Source: an uncultured bacterium (GTDB taxonomy: Bacteria; Margulisbacteria; WOR-1; CAVSGV01). From it: DNA of 32,000 bases. Position 1 is the first letter of the stretch; every line of letters begins with the position of its first letter. Position numbers and translations under genes: made by a program. Where the stretch lies: positions 1,350,001-1,382,000 of the forward strand of contig OY969425.1 in the NCBI GenBank assembly GCA_963699255.1. The letters are read 5' to 3'. This document shows positions 18,092 through 29,251 of this stretch, in pieces. Below the pieces are notes generated by a model. That model was given only the letters and a program-made list of their open reading frames with translations. It made no database searches and was not told where the DNA came from.

Positions 18092-18351
18092 TGTCCAATG
18101 GCCCGCCTACGCCATAGTGTTTCACGTGAAACATTTTCCTGCCTGACCGGATCAAAACCCCCGTTAAAGTAGCCGTTACACCTTAGAACCCTCAATAGCG
18201 CCACCCCAAGCCCCTTCAAAGGACCGTATCTTTCAATTGCGTCTATTGAATAGCTGGAACAGCTTGGATAGTACCTACAGCAGCTTCCAATTAGCGGGGA
18301 AACAAGCTTTTTATACGTATTAATGCCAAAAATTAGCGCTCTTTTAATCAA
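18088..18351 (-). CDS. yidD: Membrane protein insertion efficiency factor YidD
   Basis: LIGSCCRYYPSCSSYSIDAIERYGPLKGLGVALLRVLRCNGYFNGGFDPV. Confidence 0.97.
   Translation of the reverse strand: MIKRALIFGINTYKKLVSPLIGSCCRYYPSCSSYSIDAIERYGPLKGLGVALLRVLRCNGYFNGGFDPVRQENVSRETLWRRRAIGQ
18118..18133. promoter_or_regulatory. parS site within the 3' coding end of yidD
   Basis: TGTTTCACGTGAAACA, exact match; read as codons for ...ENVSRETL.... Confidence 0.95.
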
Positions 18352-18387
18352 AAACCCGCCTTCAAGCCCTTTGTGTTCTGTTTCCTG

Positions 18388-18714
18388 TTATAATATGTCC
18401 GCCCTGTGTGCAATAGAGCTTATGTCCGTTAAAATTTCCGGCATCTTTGCTTTTTTAGCCGACGCCCTCGGGATAACTATTGTCTCCGATTTACCAAGGA
18501 ACTTACCCGCAATCGACCTGAAAGCTTCCCGGATCTTCCGCTTAACCCTGTTCCTTATGACTGCGTTCCCAAATTTTCTATTAACTATGATCCCCAGCGT
18601 TGATTGTCCAGCGCTTTTTGCCACAATTAATGTGAGCAATTTTCCGTTATATCGCTTACCTTTTGCAAAAACCCTGTCGAACTCTCTCTGGTTTTTAATG
18701 CTAATGAGCCGCAT
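18388..18714 (-). CDS. rnpA: Ribonuclease P protein component
   Basis: NQREFDRVFAKGKRYNGKLLTL...GIIVNRKFGNAVIRNRVKRKIREAFR. Confidence 0.95.
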   Translation of the reverse strand: MRLISIKNQREFDRVFAKGKRYNGKLLTLIVAKSAGQSTLGIIVNRKFGNAVIRNRVKRKIREAFRSIAGKFLGKSETIVIPRASAKKAKMPEILTDISSIAHRADIL

Positions 18715-18837
18715 TTACGGAACCAGTCTTTTTCTTCCTTTGCGCATTCTTCTAAGCAAAGTCCTTTTAAGCCTGGATCTATATCCATGGCCCCGCTTTT
18801 TCCTTGTGTTAGATGGCTGAAATGTTCTCTTTGTCAT
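18715..18837 (-). CDS. rpmH: 50S ribosomal protein L34 (absent from the supplied ORF track; 40 aa)
   Basis: Translated by hand: MTKRTFQPSNTRKKRGHGYRSRLKRTLLRRMRKGRKRLVP*, RBS GGAGG upstream, immediately followed by rnpA ATG. Confidence 0.96.
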   Translation of the reverse strand: MTKRTFQPSNTRKKRGHGYRSRLKRTLLRRMRKGRKRLVP

Positions 18838-19193
18838 TGATCATTCCTCCAATCAAAATGATTTACGGATTATATTTCATGTGCCATAAAATGTCAACAA
18901 AACAAAACAGAGGTGCGAGATGAGGGCTGGGCGATGCGGCGTGCCTTTCGCATCTAAAAGGTCACACCTCATATGAAATTACTATTGCATCTATCCACAG
19001 GTTCTGATAAAATTGACAATGATCAGCCGGGATATCTTTATGTCCTCATGGGTTTGATGCTGGCACGTATTAAAAATTTATCCACAAAATAAATGGCTCT
19101 GTGGATAAACTGGCCAATGCATGATTTTTATTGATGTGACAATATAAATTTAGCCTTTATGTGTGCTGATGTGATTATCTGTGTGTATAACTT
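18838..19193. other. oriC: Replication origin region, dnaA-upstream half (DnaA boxes at 18991 [1 mismatch], 19078, 19100 and 19182)
   Basis: TTATCCACA 19078-19086 (+), TTATCCACA 19100-19108 (-), TTATACACA 19182-19190 (-), CTATCCACA 18991-18999 (+); divergent rpmH/dnaA gene order. Confidence 0.9.
18869..18897 (-). promoter_or_regulatory. Perfect consensus sigma-70 promoter for rpmH operon
   Basis: Minus strand TTGACA-N17-TATAAT (-35 at 18892-18897, -10 at 18869-18874), about 32 nt from -10 to the rpmH ATG. Confidence 0.92.
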
Positions 19194-20585
19194 GTGGAAA
19201 GGATGCTTATTGACCGTATGGACGTGAACACACTATGGAATGACCTTCTGATGTCCGTTGAAAAAAATGTGAGCAAGCCTATTTATGGGGCGCTCCTTTC
19301 TTCGGCAAAGCCCATGTCAGTTGTTGATGGCAAGATTACCGTTGCTGTTCCCAATGAGGTATTAAGGGAATGGCTGGCGGAAAGTGCGTCTAGGGCAATA
19401 AAAGAATTATTAAGTAAAAGTGGTGTAACAGAGGTCGCCTTTGTTGTCGGGCCAAAAGAGTTGTTTGTGACCCCGCCGCTGGAGAACTCCGGCTATCAAA
19501 TGGCCTTGCCGCCAGTTCCTCCCGTTAATACTGGAAATATATATTTAAACCCAAAATATACTTTTGACACATTCGTTGTTGGTCATGGCAATAGATTTGC
19601 ACATGCTGCGGCACTTGCCGTCGCAGAGGCCCCGGCAAAAGCCTACAACCCGCTCTTCATATACGGAGGGGTAGGGCTTGGAAAGACGCATCTTATGCAG
19701 GCGATCGCTCATTTCGTCATTAAAAGCATCCGCACGGCCAATGTTCTCTATGTGACATCTGAAAAATTCACGAACGATCTAATTAACTCGATCTTAAGCA
19801 ACACCATGGAAACCTTCCGGAACAAATATAGAGCCGTTGATCTTCTTATGATCGATGATATTCAATTCCTTGCGGGAAAGGACAGGACAAAGGAAGAGTT
19901 TTTTCACACATTCAACACCCTTCATGAGACCAGCAAGCAGATCGTGATCTCAAGTGACCGGCCACCAAAGGAAATTCCAACCCTTGAAGAACGGCTATGG
20001 TCCCGGTTTGAATGGGGATTGATCGCCGACATACAGCCTCCGGACCTGGAAACAAGGATCGCCATTCTTAAAAAGAAGGCCGCACTGGAAGAGCTCCCTG
20101 TCCCTCAAGATGTCCTAGCTCTTATTGCGACCAAAATGATATCAAACATCAGGGAGCTGGAAGGCGCCTTGATAAAGGTCATCGCGTACGCATCCCTGAC
20201 CGGAGAAGAGGTCACGGTTTCCATGGCTGAAACCATATTAAAAGACATAATGTCTCCCGCAAAGGAAAGGACATCCGTTGATATTGACCTGATAAAGAGG
20301 GTAACCGCTGAATACTACAGCCTAAAAATCGAGGATATGACGGCAAAAACAAGGACAAGGGAGATCGCGACAGCCAGGCAGGTCGCTATGTATCTGGCAA
20401 GAACAATGACGAATGCCTCGTTGCCAAAAATAGGTGAGGAGTTTGGCGGCAGGGACCATACAACGGTAATGCATGCAAATGACAAAATAACTGAAGAGCT
20501 TAAGAACAACCCGGAGATCGAGGAGGCCGTAAAAGTAATATCTGGAAACATTAAAAAGCACATCCCGGCAGGCGGGAAACAATAA
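19194..20585 (+). CDS. dnaA: Chromosomal replication initiator DnaA (start may be 19194 GTG, 19203 or 19218 ATG)
   Basis: NPLFIYGGVGLGKTHLMQAI, DLLMIDDIQFLAGKDRTKEEFFHTFN, EFGGRDHTTVMHANDKI. Confidence 0.99.
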   Translation: MERMLIDRMDVNTLWNDLLMSVEKNVSKPIYGALLSSAKPMSVVDGKITVAVPNEVLREWLAESASRAIKELLSKSGVTEVAFVVGPKELFVTPPLENSGYQMALPPVPPVNTGNIYLNPKYTFDTFVVGHGNRFAHAAALAVAEAPAKAYNPLFIYGGVGLGKTHLMQAIAHFVIKSIRTANVLYVTSEKFTNDLINSILSNTMETFRNKYRAVDLLMIDDIQFLAGKDRTKEEFFHTFNTLHETSKQIVISSDRPPKEIPTLEERLWSRFEWGLIADIQPPDLETRIAILKKKAALEELPVPQDVLALIATKMISNIRELEGALIKVIAYASLTGEEVTVSMAETILKDIMSPAKERTSVDIDLIKRVTAEYYSLKIEDMTAKTRTREIATARQVAMYLARTMTNASLPKIGEEFGGRDHTTVMHANDKITEELKNNPEIEEAVKVISGNIKKHIPAGGKQ

Positions 20586-20907
20586 ATTCGCCGGAGACAA
20601 AAGCGTTCTGTTGGCTCAGAATGGATCCTGTTAATAACTTCAGGGCGGAACACGGAAATTAGAGATGATAAGTGCCTGATAGGTTGTTGATAACCCACAA
20701 AAAAGCCGGAGTGAAGTTATCAACAAAAGTTTTAACAGACAAATGGGGAGAATTTTGGTAAAATTCTCCTTGGTGCGCTTAAGAATTAAAGTGTTACTAA
20801 CATATTAAGGTCTCTTACTACTACTGTATTTATATTATTATAAATGCATAATACTAATAGTACTTATATGATATGTAGATAGTATAATGAGAAATGGAGG
20901 AGTAGAA
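20586..20907. other. dnaA-dnaN intergenic: second origin half with putative DnaA-trio/DUE
   Basis: Inverted TTATCAACA pair at 20685 and 20717, TTACTACTACTG at 20815-20826 followed by about 60 nt of AT-rich DNA. Confidence 0.6.
20747..20769. repeat. Perfect hairpin GGAGAATTTT-GGT-AAAATTCTCC
   Basis: 10-bp perfect stem with 3-nt loop, no T-tract on either side. Confidence 0.7.
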
Positions 20908-22050
20908 ATGGAATTCAAATGCGACAAGGAAAGCTTGAATCAAGGAGTTCAAAGCGTTGAGAGGATAGTTTCCACAAGAAGCACACTCCCGATCATAGGT
21001 AATATTTTGTTGGAAGTAAGCAAGTCAAAATTAAAAATATCGGCGAACAATTTAGAAATAGGAATGGAAGTCTTCATTAAGGCGACATCTGTGGAAGAAG
21101 GGGCCGTGCTGGTTCCAGCCAAGATATTCTCAGGAATAGTATCAAAACTTCCGGACACGGAGATCGTCGTTAAAACCGTCGAAAAAGGGATAGTTAAGAT
21201 CTCATATAAACAATCGAATTTCAATATCAACGGATTACCATCGGATGAATTTCCGACACTGCCAAAAGTAAAAGACGGAAAGAGCTTTTCAATGAAGGCG
21301 GAGCTTTTCTCGGAAATGATAGGGCAGACGGCATTTTCGGTTTCCATGAGCGAGGACAAATATGTTCTTAGCGGCGTTCTTATGGAATTTGGTAAATCTC
21401 AGGTATCAGGCGACCCTTCGAACATCAGAATGGTCTCTACGGATGGGTACCGTCTGTCGAAAAGGGCCAGCAAACTTGAAACGCCCATTTCTTTTGAGTC
21501 AAGCGCGATCGTTCCGGCAAAGGCTTTATCTGAGGTGGCCAGAGTGATACAAACAGACCCGTCCGGAGAGGTTGAAATAACGCTAGGGGGAGACCACATA
21601 TCTTTCAAGTATAAGGATACGCTGATAGTATCAAAGCTGATACAGGGGCAATTCCCGGATTACAGACAGGTCATTCCCAAAGGCAGTGAGACCAAGATAA
21701 GCATGAACAACAAGGTATTTCTTTCCGCCATAGAACGCGCAGCGGTCATAGCATCAAGCAGCGCGAACATAATCAAGATCGAGGTGAAAGGCGGAAAGAT
21801 GCACGTGATCGCCAGCGCTCCGGACGTTGGCAACGTTAACGAAATAATCGATGCTGATGTAAAAGGCGGCGAAAGAGCCCTAGTTGCTTTTAACGTTAGG
21901 TTAATCATCGATGCGCTAAAGGTCATAACAGAAGAAAAGATAGTGCTGGAATTATCCGGGCCTCTTAGCCCCGGCTTAATGCGTCCCGTTGGCGGAGATG
22001 ATTATACTTATATAATCATGCCCATAAGGGTTGCTGAAACCTCCGCATAA
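20908..22050 (+). CDS. dnaN: DNA polymerase III sliding clamp beta (track start 20887; RBS supports ATG 20908)
   Basis: MEFKCDKESLNQGVQSVERIVSTRSTLPIIGNILLEV..., SVSMSEDKYVLSGVLMEF, STDGYRLSKR, C-terminal YTYIIMPIRV. Confidence 0.97.
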   Translation: MEFKCDKESLNQGVQSVERIVSTRSTLPIIGNILLEVSKSKLKISANNLEIGMEVFIKATSVEEGAVLVPAKIFSGIVSKLPDTEIVVKTVEKGIVKISYKQSNFNINGLPSDEFPTLPKVKDGKSFSMKAELFSEMIGQTAFSVSMSEDKYVLSGVLMEFGKSQVSGDPSNIRMVSTDGYRLSKRASKLETPISFESSAIVPAKALSEVARVIQTDPSGEVEITLGGDHISFKYKDTLIVSKLIQGQFPDYRQVIPKGSETKISMNNKVFLSAIERAAVIASSSANIIKIEVKGGKMHVIASAPDVGNVNEIIDADVKGGERALVAFNVRLIIDALKVITEEKIVLELSGPLSPGLMRPVGGDDYTYIIMPIRVAETSA

Positions 22051-22055
22051 CAAGA

Positions 22056-23134
22056 ATGCACATAAAAAACCTAAAGCTTAATAATTTCAGGAACTTTACC
22101 CAAGGGGAAGTCGCCATAGGCGATGGCACTACCGTTCTTTACGGTGGGGTAGGGGAGGGAAAAACTAATCTTCTTGAGGCGATATTTCTTCTGTCGGTAG
22201 GCAGGTCATACAGGACATCGGAATCCCATCACATGATAAGCTGGGGCAAAAGCGAGGCGTGTGTAAGGGGAGAAGGAAGCGGCGCGGGCGGGAACATCGC
22301 TGTTGCCGTCAAGGTTACAAGCACCGGGAAAAAGATCGAGCTGAATGGCGAGAACAACAAGAAATCCATCGATCTGATAGGCGGACTGAGATCCGTCATT
22401 TTTCATTCGGAGGACATGTCAATCGTAAATGGCGGGCCGCAGGTGAGACGCAGATACCTGGATCTGGCGATCTCCCAAACAAGCAAGAACTACGCATACA
22501 ACCTGAGGGATTATCATAGGATTTTGAAGCAGAGGAACAGCGCACTTTTAAGATACTCCAACGCGGATGTTACCGAATGGGATGAACAGTTGTCCAGGGT
22601 GGGCGCATGGATAACCCAGGTGAGGGAAAAGGTCATCGCCGAAATATCCCGGGCGGCGAACATGACCGTTCGTTCTTTAGTTGAGGAGAGCCATCAACTA
22701 GAGATAAAATATATTCCATCCGGGGATGCTGACCCGGAGAGATTAAGAGCTAAAATTTCAAAAGCGATACACATTGACATCTCCAGAGGGATGACGACCA
22801 TTGGTCCCCACAGGGACGATTTCAAGCTTTTGCTCTCAGGTGTTGACGCAAGGTATTTTGCGTCATCCGGAGAGAAAAAGACCATTGTTTTGGCGCTTAA
22901 GCTTGCCGAAGTCGATTTCATCCGGGCAGTGACAGGAGAAAAGCCGATACTCCTTCTTGATGATGTGTTCGCCACCCTGGATCTTAAGCGCAGCAAGGCG
23001 CTTCTCAGCGTAACCGGCGACGGGGCTCAGTGTATAATAACTTTGACGGACATGAATTTGTTGAGAGAAGAATTCAAGTCCGGAGCAATGATGTATGAAG
23101 TCGCCAAGGGAAGGATCAAACAAGCCACACAGAT

Positions 23135-23138
<4 letters not shown>
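22056..23138 (+). CDS. recF: DNA replication and repair protein RecF
   Basis: MHIKNLKLNNFRNF, GGVGEGKTNLLEAIFLLSVGRSYRT, TIGPHRDDF, LLLDDVFATLD. Confidence 0.97.
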
Positions 23139-25687
<2,549 letters not shown>

Positions 25688-25688
<1 letters not shown>

Positions 25689-28300
25689 TGGCAGATCCGG
25701 AACAAGGCGAAATGGATTTCAATAAGAAAGAAGAAAAAGTTAAAAAGAACGGCAAGGCACGCCAAAAGGGCGCCAAAGGCGGATCTGGCTCAGGCGGGAA
25801 CAGCAAAAAGCCCGGCAAGCCTAAGGCCGTGAAAAGATCCGGGCAGGATGAGCAATCCGCTCCGCCGGCCTCGAAGGGGCCAAGGATAATCGGCTCCGAA
25901 CTCGACCACGAAATGAGAGCTTCATACATTGACTACGCGATGAGCGTGATCGTGGGAAGAGCTCTTCCTGACGTTAGGGACGGACTAAAGCCTGTTCATC
26001 GGAGGATTCTTTTCGCAATGGACGAACTGGGGCTTCGTCCGGGCAAGCCTCACAAGAAATCGGCAAGGATCGTCGGAGAGGTTTTAGGTAAATATCACCC
26101 GCACGGAGATCTATCCGTATACGATGCCATGGTCAGGATGGCTCAGGACTTCTCTATGAGATATTTGCTCGTTGACGGCCAGGGAAACTTCGGATCAGTT
26201 GACGGAGATTCTGCCGCCGCTATGAGGTATACAGAAGCCCGCTTGACCCATATCGCTGCGGAGATGCTTGCTGACATAGAAAAGGATACTGTCAAATTCG
26301 TTCCTAACTTCGACGAATCACTGAAAGAACCATCGGTCCTCCCATCAAAGGTCCCGAGCCTCATCATTAACGGGTCGTCCGGCATTGCTGTTGGCATGGC
26401 GACGAACATCCCGCCGCACAATCTTTCAGAGGTTGTGGACGGATCCGTGGCTTATATTGACAACACGGAGATCAGCATCGAAGAACTGAACAAGATAATA
26501 AAAGGCCCTGATTTCCCTACCGGCGGGATAATCTGCGGGCATTCTGGCATAAAGGAAGCTTACAGCACAGGGAGAGGGCTTCTTACCGTAAGAGCCAGGA
26601 CGGACATGGAAGAGACCAGGACGGGAAAAGAAGTCATCATCATCAAGGAACTTCCTTATATGGTGAACAAATCCCAGCTTGTAGAAAAGATAGCCGACTG
26701 CGTTAAGGAGAAACAGATCGTAGGCATATCAGATCTGCGCGACGAATCTGACCGCGAGGGAATGAGGGTATATATCGAGCTCAAACACGGGGCCAATAAG
26801 GATGTCGTGCTCAACCAACTGTTCAAACACACCGACATGCAAACGACTTTTGGCGTCAACCTCCTTGCGCTTGTAGGCGGCGAGCCAAAGGTCTTAACGC
26901 TCAAGGATATGATCGCCGAATATGTTAAGCACAGGGAAGAGATCGTAACGAGGAGGGCTAAGTTTGACCTTAAAGTCGCCGAAGAGCAAGCCCACATCCT
27001 GGAGGGGCTGCGCATAGCGCTAAAGAACCTTGATGCCGTAATAGCGCTCATCAAGAGATCAAAAACGGTGGATGAGGCCCGCGAAGGGCTGATGTCCAAA
27101 TTCAAACTTACAAAGATCCAGGCGCAGGCCATCCTGGACATGAAGCTCCAGAGACTTACCGGCCTTGAAAGGGAAAAGATCGAGGAGGAATACCTTAGGC
27201 TTAAGAAGCTGATAGGGGAGCTGAAGGAACTTCTCGCCAGCAGGAAAAAGATCCTGGCGCTGATCAAAAAAGAACTTCTTGAGATGAAGGATAAGTATGG
27301 CGACAATCGGCGCACGACGCTGGCGGCAGCCGCCGAAGACATCGAAGAAGAAGCTTTAATACCGGACGTTGAAGTCGCCATTCTTATAACGAGGGATGGC
27401 TATATAAAGAGAATGCTTGTATCGGCGTTCAGATCACAGCTAAGGGGCGGAAAGGGCGTTACGGGCATGGCAACCAGGGAAGAGGACGAAATTGACAAGA
27501 TCATCGTCGCCTCCACACTCAATTATATCCTTTTCTTTACCAACAAGGGCAAGGTTTACAAGAAGCGTGTTTATGAGATCCCTGAAGCGGGCCGCGCCGC
27601 AAAAGGGCAATCCGTGGAGAACCTCCTGGAAGTCGGGAAAGAAGAACAGGTCACTGTCGCGATCCCGGTCAAGACATTTGAAAAAGACAGGTTCCTTGTC
27701 ATGGCCACAAAAGCGGGAAAGGTCAAGAAAACGTCCCTTGATGACTTTGAGAACATAAGAAGAACAGGGATAATCGCGATCAAACTCAAGGAAGAAGATG
27801 AGCTGGGCTGGGTCAGGGAGACGGACGGGAAGCAGGAGATAATACTTTCAACTAAGAACGGGCTGCTGATACGGTTCAAGGAAAAAGACGTAAGACCCAT
27901 GGGAAGGACGGCGGCCGGGGTAAAAGGAATTACACTCAGGAAAGGTGACGTTGTGGTCTCCATGGATATCGTTACGGAAAAGATGGACCTTCTTGAAGTG
28001 AGCACTGGTGGCTACGGCAAAAGGATGGCGATAAAGGAATTCAGGACGCAGAGAAGGGGCGGAAAAGGTCTTACCGCAATGAAGGTCAGGAAAGGCGATG
28101 AAGTGGCAAGGGCGCGGCTGATAGAGGAGGACGACGAACTGCTTTTTGTGACGGCAAAAGGCACAATAAGCAGGCAGAAGGCAAAAGGGATATCAAGGCA
28201 GGGCCGTTACGCGATGGGCGTCAGGATACAACGCCTCGATAATGATGACTATATTGTTGACGTTGCCAGAGTGGTAAAAAGCGAAGAGAAACCGGAATGA
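25688..28300 (+). CDS. gyrA: DNA gyrase subunit A with about 75-aa lysine/glycine-rich N-terminal extension
   Basis: [42 protein letters not shown]-terminal GyrA box QRRGGKG; start coupled to gyrB stop (TAATG). Confidence 0.97.
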
Positions 28301-28809
28301 AGATCAAAAAGACATCTCGAACCCGGAACATCGGGATTTTTCTGATCGTAGGGATTTGCTCGTTATGTTTTGCAGCCTTATTGTCAGGGTGCTCGGTCCC
28401 GAGCAAGGACGCACATGTATACTTCTTTCAAAATGAAAAGCTCGTTCCGGTCAGCAGGGAGCTCCCCACAAATGAAAACCCGGTCATGATAGCAATAGAC
28501 CAGCTTCTGCGCGGGCCGAATGAACAGGAGGCCGCGAACGGTTTTACAACAAAGATCCCGGCCGGCACGCGCTCAAGGAATGTGGATGTGGAAGGGCACA
28601 CCGCTATCATCGATTTTAACAGCACGCTCGTGGAATTTGATGGCGGCACTGATGAGGCAAAAGGGATAGTCGCACAAATTGTTTACACGGCGACAGGCGC
28701 AGGGGGAGTCAGGCAAGTTATTTTAAAGCTGCAGGGAAGCGACCAGTTCATCATGGGGCCGGGCTATATGATCGACCATCCGCTGACAAGGGATGATGCT
28801 AAGATTTAA
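28297..28809 (+). CDS. GerMN-domain lipoprotein
   Basis: Lipobox [11 protein letters not shown]; [48 protein letters not shown]. Confidence 0.85.
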   Translation: MKIKKTSRTRNIGIFLIVGICSLCFAALLSGCSVPSKDAHVYFFQNEKLVPVSRELPTNENPVMIAIDQLLRGPNEQEAANGFTTKIPAGTRSRNVDVEGHTAIIDFNSTLVEFDGGTDEAKGIVAQIVYTATGAGGVRQVILKLQGSDQFIMGPGYMIDHPLTRDDAKI

Positions 28810-29164
28810 ATACTGGATCCCCGCTATTTTGTACATGGCCCTCATATTTTACCTGTCAACCAGGCCCGCTCCCAATGAACTCAGGCGCCTGCCGATCATC
28901 GCAAAGCTTAAGGTCGTGCACATTATCGAATACGGCATTTTGTATCTTTTCGTATGGTACGCTATCATCAAGACCACCGCTTATAACAAACTGGAAGCGT
29001 TCGCCCTTGCCCTAATGGTCACGGTATTGTACGGCCTGACCGACGAGTTCCACCAAATATTCGTTATTGATAGGACGGCAAGACTCGCGGATGTAGTGGC
29101 GGATGGGGTGGGGGGAGCCTTAACTCAGGCGGGAATATCAATTTCAAGGAATTACCGTCGCTGA
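28793..29164 (+). CDS. VanZ-family membrane protein
   Basis: ALIFYLSTRP, KVVHIIEYGILYL, TVLYGLTDEFHQIFV. Confidence 0.85.
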   Translation: MMLRFKYWIPAILYMALIFYLSTRPAPNELRRLPIIAKLKVVHIIEYGILYLFVWYAIIKTTAYNKLEAFALALMVTVLYGLTDEFHQIFVIDRTARLADVVADGVGGALTQAGISISRNYRR

Positions 29165-29251
29165 TCTATTGAGCCCATCTTCCAGCTAAAGCTACCCTTT
29201 TTATCGAAATTCCTCTCTAAATTTGACGATATATATTATAGGGGAGAAATA

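Noticed and set aside
19013-19041. dnaA promoter starting with TTGACA at 19013
   Set aside because: -35 hexamer is perfect but no convincing -10 at 16-18 nt spacing (CTTTAT/TATCTT only); not strong enough to call.
20883-20888. TATAAT just upstream of dnaN
   Set aside because: Good -10 but no recognisable -35 and it would leave only about a dozen nt of leader; may simply be part of the AT-rich DUE.
26656-27381. 241-aa minus-strand ORF
   Set aside because: Antisense to gyrA; Ser-rich shadow ORF.
29223-29228. TTGACG upstream of the transglutaminase/TPR gene
   Set aside because: No matching -10 at proper spacing before the RBS; not called as promoter.
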